This document shows positions 15,301-24,626 of a stretch of 40,023 nucleotides of DNA, piece by piece. Within the stretch, counting starts at the first letter, position 1, and each line of letters opens with the position of its first letter. This stretch comes from Nemertoderma westbladi. Lineage: Eukaryota; Animalia; Xenacoelomorpha. The notes below the pieces were generated by a model that was given only the letters and a program-made list of their open reading frames with translations, made no database searches and was not told where the DNA came from. Made by a program: the position numbers and the translations under genes. The DNA is taken from positions 1-40,023 of the forward strand of contig JAUCBJ010000914.1 of NCBI GenBank assembly GCA_032718475.1. The letters are read 5' to 3'.

Positions 15301-15731
15301 CAATATTTGACTTATTTTGGTTTTAGTATTTAGGCTCCGCAACGAACTTGAAATAGTGTGTTATATTGAATCAAATATACAACGTAACCACGAATCCATT
15401 CCTTCCATTAACCCTCCTGGGATTCATAACAAACCTCGACTGAATTAACTGCCAGCAGGATACCTGGTCGAGACCAGAGACAGATTGATCAGACAGAGAG
15501 GTAGATATTACAAGCTAAGGACATGCGCAATAATCGTTGAGGGATTTCCGAACACATAAACCCTTGCGGAATCTACAGTACATACATTGCCAGCGCAATA
15601 TATTTATTTACTACTGGAGAAATATTTTCTATTAAAATTAAGTTATTATACAATTATTATTTTATAAAATTAATTTGTTTTACTCAATTTAAATTAAATA
15701 ACCGATTAATTAATCTAATCTTAATTAACAG

Positions 15732-15938
15732 AATCTACCAATGGAAGACGACAACAGTAACCAAGGCAACGAGGAAGGTGACGACGAAGCGTTAAACAGA
15801 CCTGGTGACGTCATTTACGTGGATATAATATGTCGGATTGCATTCCCATTGGCTTTCCTGATATTTAACGCCATCTACTGGGCCAGTTACATACTCGCTA
15901 GTCACAAGCCGACCTTAGACACAGACGAAAATCACTGA
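15732..15938 (+). CDS. Terminal exon of a Cys-loop ligand-gated ion channel subunit (GABA-A/glycine/GluCl-type anion channel family): end of M3-M4 loop, TM4 and stop
   Basis: Acceptor ttaacag|AAT. Peptide VIYVDIICRIAFPLAFLIFNAIYWASY matches the anionic-channel TM4 pattern D..(S/C)R..FP..F..FN..YW..Y. AATAAA at 16168-16173. Upstream exons not found in the window. Confidence 0.85.
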   Translation, partial: NLPMEDDNSNQGNEEGDDEALNRPGDVIYVDIICRIAFPLAFLIFNAIYWASYILASHKPTLDTDENH

Positions 15939-16188
15939 ATAGAAACTCACCGAATCTCATATAGTGCAATTCCCTATTCAACACTGCAATAAGTATGTTA
16001 GCGTGTGTAGTCAGCCAAATTGCGTATTATAATTGATAAATGATTAGGAATAACTGATAAAAGTGCGGTAAAAAGTGTTCTAGAAGCATAAAACCTTTGT
16101 GGAATTCAAACGTAACGGATCAAAACGGAAATTCTACCTGCAAAAGTTCATCCAACTAAAGAAAATTAATAAACATATTTCAACTCAC

Positions 16189-16342
16189 CATGGGAAGACC
16201 GTCGCAACTATTCGCTAAACGGTTGTAGGAAAATGTTGGTTTCTCCTGATTGGATGAACTTCTAGCCAATATATTGTAGGATCTGCCGCCTTCGGTAGCG
16301 GAACTATTCAGCGATTGGCTAGTTCTGCAATTCACATTCAAC
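16189..16342 (-). CDS. FRS2: FRS2/FRS3-like adaptor, coding exon 4
   Basis: ttttattgttag|G...CCCATG|gtgagt. Phase-2 entry matches exon 3. Ser-rich with YNIL and YNRL tyrosine motifs. Confidence 0.65.
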
Positions 16343-16417
16343 CTAACAATAAAACAATAGTAAAACATTAAATAATAATATGATTCTGTTTTATCATTTG
16401 TTTGTTTTCCCTCCTTG

Positions 16418-17050
16418 TATGTCTGTAACACTCAGTCTGTCTGTCTGTAACACTCAGTCTGTCTGTCTGTAACACTCAGTCTGTCTGTCTGTAACACTCA
16501 GTCTGTCTGTCTGTAACACTCAGTCTGTCTGTCTGTCTGCAACACTCAGTCTGTATGTCTGCAACACTCAGTCTGTCTGTCTGTAACACTCAGTCTGTCT
16601 GTCTGTAACACTCAGTCTGTCTGTCTGTAACACTCAGTCTGTCTGTCTGCAACACTCATTCTGTGTGTCTGTAACACTCAGTCTGTCTGTCTGTCTGCAA
16701 CACTCAGTCTGTATGTCTGCAACACTCAGTCTGTCTGTCTGTAACACTCAGTCTGTCTGTCTGTAACACTCAGTCTGTCTGTCTGTAACACTCAGTCTGT
16801 CTGTCTGTAACACTCAGTCTGTCTGTCTGTAACACTCAGTCTGTCTGTCTGCAACACTCAGTCTGTCTGTCTGTAACACTCAGTCTGTCTGTCTGCAACA
16901 CTCAGTCTGTCTGTCTGCAACACTCAGTCTGTATGTCTGTAACACTCAGTCTGTCTGTGTGCAGCACTCAGTCTGTATGTCTGTAACACTCAGTCTGTCT
17001 GTCTGTAACACTCAGTCTGTCTGTCTGTAACACTCAGTCTGTCTGTCTGT
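16418..17050. repeat. 22-bp minisatellite (AACACTCAGTCTGTCTGTCTGT)n, roughly 28 copies
   Basis: Direct tandem periodicity with occasional extra CTGT units; lies in intron 3 of the FRS2-like gene. Confidence 0.97.
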
Positions 17051-17661
17051 ATATAATCGGTCTACATGACAGCTACGTAGCCAGGAGACCGACACACAAA
17101 CATCCATGTCTATAATATAAGCACAGTAATTGAAACGATCCCATAGAACGAGAACGGTCCACTCAAATGTGCTACTCAAACACCTGCGTTCCACCCAACT
17201 CGATCGCTTCCGTGGTAACGGAAGTTTAAACTAATATTCACTCGCGATAAACCCGACCGGTAGATTTTATTCACGCCAAATAAAAAGATGAACAGGTTTC
17301 AATAGGATTGAAATGCGAAATGAAAAAAATGTTTAAATAAATAAAATTTGTAAAATATTTCACAAAAAAACCCCAAACGAGCGAACCGTATTTTACTGGA
17401 ATAAATCGGGATCCCGAGAGTGATAATCCCGATCCCGTTTAAACACTATTATATTATATTTTAAGATCGAAAATAATCAATAAAAATAAAATTTGAAATT
17501 TTCGGATTTCGGAATGTGAAATATTTATAAAAAACCGCCAAATGTCGGGTTTTCCTACACAAACCAATAAACTAAATTAATGAACCTTTCTTACGGTTAT
17601 ATTTTTTATTTTACGGTTATATTTTTACCCGGTTCTGGTTAATAATTTCGCATTTACTCAC

Positions 17662-17832
17662 GGATTAGCTGCTAAGGACTCGTCCAAGTTCTGGTAATGA
17701 ACCACAGGGTGGGTCGGTTCCAGCCCCAGACCCCCGTTAATGTACTGCCGACTGAGGGCCGAGGTAGCCAATCGGCGCTCACTTCGCTGGTTCCCAGTCT
17801 GGCCGCTGGAGGGCACATCGGTTTCGTAACGG
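17662..17832 (-). CDS. FRS2: FRS2/FRS3-like adaptor, coding exon 3
   Basis: ccgtcgcag|C...AATCC|gtgagt, phase 2/2, in frame with exon 2. Encodes QYING and HYQNL (YxN Grb2-SH2-type motifs). Confidence 0.8.
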
Positions 17833-18079
17833 CTGCGACGGAAGGCAATAAATGTTACTAATAATAAGTAAAGATACACTCGGCTGTTGGGGTAAATAAA
17901 ATCAATAAATAAAAGGGCATCACATTTATTTATTTAAATCAGATTTTATATGGAAACATTGTGAAGATTTCTACCGGTAAACAAATAATAAACAATTCAC
18001 CTTTTGTACCTTCTATAATGGGTTTGGTTCTAAATCAGGAGTGTCTGGTTCTCAACGCTTGATGCTACAACTGGTGTCT

Positions 18080-19366
18080 CCCTGATCCATCAGTTGTCAC
18101 TGGTACTGGTAGATGCACCCCCTGATCCATCAGTTGTCACTGGTACTGGTAGATGTACGCCCTGATCCATCAGTTGTCACTGGTACTGGCACTGGTAGAT
18201 GCACTCCCTGATCCATCAGTTGTCACTGGTACTGGTAGATGCACGCCCTGATCCATCAGTTGTCACTGGTACTGGTAGATGTACGCCCTGATCCATCAGT
18301 TGTCACTGGTACTGGTAGATGCACCCCCTGATCCATCAGTTGTCATTGGTACTGGTAGATGCACCCCCTGATCCATCAGTTGTCATTGGTACTGGTAGAT
18401 GCTCTCCCTGATCCATCAGTTGTCACTGGTACTGGTAGATGTACGCCCTGATCCATCAGTTGTCACTGGTACTGGTAGATGCACCCCCTGATCCATCAGT
18501 TGTCACTTGGTACTGGTAGATGCGCTCCCTGATCCATCAGTTGTCATTGGTACTGGTAGATGCGCTCCCTGATCCATCAGTTGTCACTGGTACTGGTAGA
18601 TGCGCTCCCTGATCCATCAGTTGTCATGGTCTGGTACTGGTAGATGCACTCCCTGATCCATCAGTTGTCACTGGTACTGGTAGATGCGCTCCCTGATCCA
18701 TCAGTTGTCACTGGTACTGGTAGATGCGCTCCCTGATCCATCAGTTGTCACTGGTACTGGTAGATGCGCTCCCTGATCCATCAGTTGTCATTGGTACTGG
18801 TAGATGCGCTCCCTGATCCATCAGTTGTCACTGGTACTGGTAGATGCGCTCCCTGATCCATCAGTTGTCACTGGTACTGGTAGATGCGCTCCCTGATCCA
18901 TCAGTTGTCACTGGTACTGGTAGATGCGCTCCCTGATCCATCAGTTGTCACTGGTACTGGTAGATGCGCTCCCTGATCCATCAGTTGTCACTGGTATGGT
19001 ACTGGTAGATGCGCTCCCTGATCCATCAGTTGTCATCTGGTACTGGTAGATGCGCTCCCTGATCCATCAGTTGTCACTGGTACTGGTAGATGCGCTCCCT
19101 GATCCATCAGTTGTCATTGGTACTGGTAGATGCGCTCCCTGATCCATCAGTTGTCACTGGTACTGGTAGATGCGCTCCCTGATCCATCAGTTGTCACTGG
19201 TACTGGTAGATGCGCTCCCTGATCCATCAGTTGTCACTGGTACTGGTAGATGCGCTCCCTGATCCATCAGTTGTCATCTGGTACTGGTAGATGCGCTCCC
19301 TGATCCATCAGTTGTCACTGGTACTGGTAGATGCGCTCCCTGATCCATCAGTTGTCACTGGTACTG
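18080..19366. repeat. 40-bp minisatellite, left arm (CCCTGATCCATCAGTTGTCACTGGTACTGGTAGATGCGCT)n, about 32 copies
   Basis: Direct tandem periodicity of 40 bp. Confidence 0.97.
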
Positions 19367-19686
19367 ATATACTATCTCCACCTTCTTCAATCACATTTAC
19401 TTTACAAATACTTAATGTGTTGCTTTAATGGAGTCACTAGGTAGCCTTGCAATTCTTTGCCGCATTCCTTACAAGATGCACAGCAGCCTGTTTTCCCAAT
19501 TGTAACAATTTTATTAAAGTTGTTTTATTAATTGCTATCTTGCATTTCTTATGGTATTGGAAGTGCGACCCGGTACTGTATTTTTTCATGTTAGTATATG
19601 TAGGTAATTTGACTCATTAATAATCAATAATGCAATGTTTCTCCTGCGGCCACAAAGCATGGTTGATAAAAATGATGAAAAAAATC

Positions 19687-19800
19687 AAAACAGGCTGCTG
19701 TGCATCTTGTAAGGAATGCGGCAAAGAATTGCAAGGCTACCTAGTGACTCCATTAAAGCAACATATAAGTATTTGTAAAGTAAATGTGATTGAAGAAGGT
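19687..19800 (+). pseudogene. BED-type zinc-finger remnant of a hAT-like transposase; inverted second copy at about 19380-19520 on -
   Basis: KTGCCASCKECGKELQGYLVTPLKQHISIC has CxxC...H...C spacing. The minus copy extends upstream as FNKIVTIGKTG. No catalytic domain follows. Confidence 0.6.
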
Positions 19801-19814
19801 GGAGATCGTATATC

Positions 19815-21383
19815 AGTGCCAGTGACAACTGATGGATCAGGGAGCGCATCTACCAGTACCAGTGACAACTGATGGATCAGGGAGTGCATCTACCAGTACC
19901 AGTGACAACTGATGGATCAGGGAGCGCATCTACCAGTACCAGTGACAACTGATGGATCAGGGAGCGCATCCTACCAGTACCAGTGACAACTGATGGATCA
20001 GGGAGCGCATCTACCAGTACCAGTGACAACTGATGGATCAGGGAGCGCATCTACCAGTACCAATGACAACTGATGGATCAGGGAGCGCATCTACCAGTCC
20101 AGTACCAGTGACAACTGATGGATCAGGGAGCGCATCTACCAGTACCAATGACAACTGATGGATCAGGGAGCGCATCTACCAGTACCCCAGTACCAGTGAC
20201 AACTGATGGATCAGGGAGCGCACCTACCAGTACCAATGACAACTGATGGATCAGGGAGCGCATCTACCAGTACCAATGACAACTGATGGATCAGGGAGCG
20301 CATCTACCAGTACCCAGTACCAGTGACAACTGATGGATCAGGGAGCGCATCTACCAGTACCAGTGACAACTGATGGATCAGGGCGTACATCTACCAGTAC
20401 CAGTGACAACTGATGGATCAGGGCGTGCATCTACCAGTACCAATGACAACTGATGGATCAGGGAGCGCATCTACCAGTACCAGTACCAGTGACAACTGAT
20501 GGATCAGGGAGCGCATCTACCAGTACCAGTGACAACTGATGGATCAGGGAGTGCATCTACCAGTACCAGTGACAACTGATGGATCAGGGAGTGCATCTAC
20601 CAGTACCAGTACCAGTGACAACTGATGGATCAGGGAGCGCATCTACCAGTACCAATGACAACTGATGGATCAGGGAGCGCATCTACCAGTACCAGTACCA
20701 GTGACAACTGATGGATCAGGGAGCGCATCTACCAGTACCAGTGACAACTGATGGATCAGGGAGTACATCTACCAGTACCAGTACCAGTGACAACTGATGG
20801 ATCAGGGAGTACATCTACCAGTACCAATGACAACTGATGGATCAGGGAGTGCATCTACCAGTACCAATGACAACTGATGGATCAGGGAGCGCATCTACCA
20901 GTACCAGTGACAACTGATGGATCAGGGGGTGCATCTACCAGTACCAGTGACAACTGATGGATCAGGGAGTACATCTACCAGTACCAGTGACAACTGATGG
21001 ATCAGGGAGCGCATCTACCAGTACCAATGACAACTGATGGATCAGGGAGTGCATCTACCAGTACCAATGACAACTGATGGATCAGGGAGTGCATCTACCA
21101 GTACCAGTGACAACTGATGGATCAGGGAGCGCATCTACCAGTACCAATGACAACTGATGGATCAGGGAGTAGCATCTACCAGTACCAGTGACAACTGATG
21201 GATCAGGGAGCGCATCTACCAGTACCAGTGACAACTGATGGATCAGGGAGCGCATCTACCAGTACCAGTGACAACTGATGGATCAGGGAGCGCATCTACC
21301 AGTACCAATGACAACTGATGGATCAGGGAGTGCATCTACCAGTACCAATGACAACTGATGGATCAGGGAGCGCATCTACCAGT
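19815..21383. repeat. 40-bp minisatellite, right arm (reverse complement of the left array), about 38 copies
   Basis: (CAGTGACAACTGATGGATCAGGGAGCGCATCTACCAGTAC)n with occasional extra CAGTAC. Confidence 0.97.
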
Positions 21384-21559
21384 AGTAGCAACAAGCGTTG
21401 AGAACCAGACACACCTGATTTAGAACCAAACCCATTATAGAAGGTGAATTATTGTTTATTTGGTTTATAAATAATCCACACCAAGCCATACTAAAAAGGT
21501 CACCCCCCCCCCCCCCCCCCCCCCCCCTAAACCGGAAAATAAATATTTGCAAACTTGAT

Positions 21560-23010
21560 CAATCTGGTGAAATTACTGTTATAACGGATAATCGTTTGAA
21601 ATTTAAAGACGTTGAGGAGGCAACTATTAAGCTAACTAAGCTAATTACAGACTCCACCGAAGCTTTGAAACAGAATAACCGGAAACATCATAAACCGTGG
21701 TTCGATGATGAGTGCAGAATTGTGAAGGCGAACTTATTGGATTCTATGCACACATACAGCACTACGGGTATACCTCAAGATTATTGGAATACCCGTAAAC
21801 AATATAAAAAACTCATCAAGTCCAAAAGAGAAACATACGAGAAAACAGGCGGAAATCACACCATGGTCCCTATTTAAAGATTATACACCTTCCGTCGCAC
21901 CCATTCCCGCTCAACATCTGGAATCCCATTTCCAGAACCTACTCGGTTGCGAAAACAACCCACCTAACTGCGGAGAAATACCCACCACGGCTGAAACAGA
22001 GTGCAACAATGGTGAATGGTATAACGAACCTTTTACCGAGGAGGAAGTCCGAGCGGCTGTTGACGAGCTGCAAACAGAAAGGCCTGCGGACCAGACAGAA
22101 TATACTATGAGCACATTAAACAGTCTATACCTTATATCCTTGTTCTACTCACATTGCTATACAATACATGCTTAAATGTTGCGAAGCTACCTACGACCTG
22201 GCTATAAAGCATTATAATAATACTTTACAAGGGAAAAGGTTCAGTAAACAATCCCGACAACTACCGCGGCATCCGTATACAGTATATACGTATCCAGACA
22301 ATTCCCACCAGAGCAATATGGTTTCATCCACGGAAAGTCCACAGCCCAGGCCATCAAAAACCTCCTCTCAGACATAGCAAACTCTTTCAATGCAAACACA
22401 CCCCACAACCGAGTAACATAGGCCGCATTCGTGGATTTTCGTAAGGCCTTTGATTTCGTGAGCCGCGCGAAGCTACTCGCTCAGTCTATCTGGTATTATA
22501 CAGCAACTAAAAGGAGTTCTGCAAGGAGATACGTTCTCGCCTACATGTTTTATCATATTTATCTCCGATCTAGCAGATGCACTACGCCAATTAGTATCCT
22601 TCCTAAAGTTTATTTTCTATGCGGATGACCTGGTATTCTACTCCAGTAACAGAAACGATATACAACGCGGACTCGATGTGCTATATACCTGGTGTATCGA
22701 AAATGGTATGGAGGTAAACTTAGTTAAAACCAAAATTCTAAAACTCCGAAAAGGTGGGAAATTATGTGACGCTGACCAGTTTATCTATGGAGGCAACAAA
22801 GTCACTATTACCAACTCTTATGAATACCTAGGTGTTACATTACAGCCATCATCATGCTTCACACAACATATTCAATCCAAAAAGATAAAATCATACGGTA
22901 TCATAGGATCACTTAATCTATTACATCTCCTCTCCGTTGAAACTGCAATTGAGATATTCAAATCGAAAATATCACCAATGGCAACAGCAACATACTCTAT
23001 TGGTCCGTTA
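21560..23010 (+). mobile_element. Decayed non-LTR retrotransposon (LINE) reverse transcriptase region, frameshifted; clade uncertain (RTE-X or CR1/L2 group)
   Basis: Ordered motifs across frames: KPWFDDEC, FTEEEV..KACGPD, NYRGI, EQYGF..GKST, AFVDFRKAFD, GVLQGDTFSP, YADD (22618-22629), NLVKTK, YEYLGV. Confidence 0.93.
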
Positions 23011-23070
23011 CTGCTTTATTAATTTTAGTCTGTTTTTATATATTTTAAATTGAAATTAATAAATACGAAC

Positions 23071-23307
23071 TTGTTATTGGGCGCGTTGTTTGCAGTGGTT
23101 GCCGCGGTGACGTCGGTAGACCCAGAGAGCCGTCTACCTATTGGGTCGAGGACGGCCTCGGTCCGGTGTTGGTTGTCCCGTTTTATCGTGTCCTGGGTGA
23201 TCCGGAACAGCCGTTGGGCCCGGGGACACCGGAAACAGAAGATCCCCTGGCCGGTACTGCACCGACGGCCGCACTCGAAGGAGAAGTGCTGCTCGTCGAA
23301 TCCGTAA
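23071..23307 (-). CDS. FRS2: FRS2/FRS3-like adaptor, coding exon 2 (C-terminal half of the IRS-type PTB domain)
   Basis: tttcccatag|T...AACAA|gttcgt. YGFDEQHFSFECGRRCSTGQGIFCFRCPRAQRLF closely resembles the FRS2 PTB segment YGYDSNLFSFESGRRCQTGQGIFAFKC. Confidence 0.92.
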
Positions 23308-23659
23308 CTATGGGAAACAATAGTAAAATGGGCCACTTAAAGAGACTTTTTTGGTCATTAACAAGGTGATATAGAATCCAAAATATGTGGTTCGGATTGA
23401 TTGCGAAGTACTGTTTTTTGCTAGATTGACTCGACTATAAATAACTTATTTTCTTATTTAGTACCGGTACTGTAGTAGGCCTACACTACAAACGTACACC
23501 TTATTCAGCTTACAGAGGGAAAAAAAACAAATATTTAATACATGTTGCGTTTGATACCGGTATCATTCCATCATAATTGCAAATTTCGCTTAGTTTTCAA
23601 TTTTCTTATCACGAGAACGGAAAGCATTTGAAATAGAAAACTAGCCTAAACTGCTAAAT

Positions 23660-23895
23660 TAATTAGCACTGTAGCATAATTCTATTAGTAGAAAATATTT
23701 GGCAATTATATTTGTTAGGCATATTTGGCAATTGAAGGGCACACAATGCACCCCTGCAATACAGCAATATATTTTCGAGGGACGTATAATGTTGTAGCCT
23801 AATCTCTTGTAAACTTCTTGCAGACCAATAAAAAGTGATACTCTCGTCTTCAATTACGTTGTGGCCGCACTCGCACAAGCAGACAAGCGCATGGT
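23660..23895 (-). mobile_element. LINE 3' fragment with C-terminal CCHC knuckle
   Basis: Minus strand CLCECGHNVIEDE-(frameshift)-YHFLLVCKKF, typical of the C-terminal knuckle of invertebrate LINE ORF2. Confidence 0.6.
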
Positions 23896-24342
23896 ACATA
23901 TTCTAACACTACGTCTGCACTTGCACTACACCTGTACCTCCTGCACTGGTACTGGGTACTGTGGTACGCGTACGAGGTATGTTGTAGGTCTGCAATATAT
24001 ATTCCTTACATTGCTGCATTGTATCACCTGCCTGCAGCCTGCCTGCCTTCGCCTTGTTCTATAGGCCTAGTTAGTTAGATAAAGAGCTGATGAGAGCTCG
24101 GCCTACATTAAACTAAATCTGGCCTTGTCCTTGTGCCGGGTACTGTCAGACTGTTGTGGTTGTAGTCTACAAGCAGGCAAGTAGGCCCTACAGAACTACA
24201 GTTTGTTTAATACATAATAGTCCCATCCCCATCCCATCTAATCTAGCGATTCAACCGGTAATACCTGACTGTGCACTGTGGCTGTGTGGTAATAGGCCTA
24301 CCAGAATACCACAAACTGACAATGACAAACAGACAAACTTAC

Positions 24343-24578
24343 CGTCGAAGAGATTTCAATGGCCATTGCGTGACTCTACCGCCACCGCTCATGTTAACTT
24401 TCCAGACAATATTGAGATCAGTAACAGAAAGCGTTCCACTTTCCAACTCCCTTCCGGAATCATCGATAAGTCGAGCCGGGAACTCTTGGTTAGCAACCGA
24501 TCTGTCGCCTCGCGATTCCTTGTTCCCACGTTTATCTAGACCGACGCAACTTTGAAGGCAACCAAATGAATTACCCAT
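24343..24578 (-). CDS. FRS2: FRS2/FRS3-like adaptor, first coding exon (myristoylation-type N-terminus and first half of PTB)
   Basis: MGNSFGC...IDDSGRELESGTLSVTD...WPLKSLRR. Donor CG|gtaagt joins exon 2 to give LRRYG. Confidence 0.92.
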
Positions 24579-24626
24579 CCCGCATTGCTAAACCGGTCTC
24601 AGCTCTATGCAACTATGCTGCTATGG

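Larger units (their letters stand above)
17980..21465. mobile_element. Foldback / inverted duplication of about 3.5 kb: two inverted arms, each with a 40-bp tandem array and a BED-finger remnant, around a 192-bp spacer
   Basis: 18008-18070 is the reverse complement of about 21385-21445; 19367-19494 is the reverse complement of 19687-19814; the arrays face in opposite directions. No TSD found. Confidence 0.85.

Noticed and set aside
1656-15310. Dozens of long ORFs (up to 1152 aa) in all six frames
   Set aside because: The satellite monomers lack stop codons by composition; monomer lengths of 19/20/23/25 are not multiples of 3 and all frames give the same peptide words.
18080-21383. 40-bp arrays as CRISPR or as mucin-like coding repeats
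   Set aside because: Head-to-tail units without spacers; 40 is not a multiple of 3 and stops recur.
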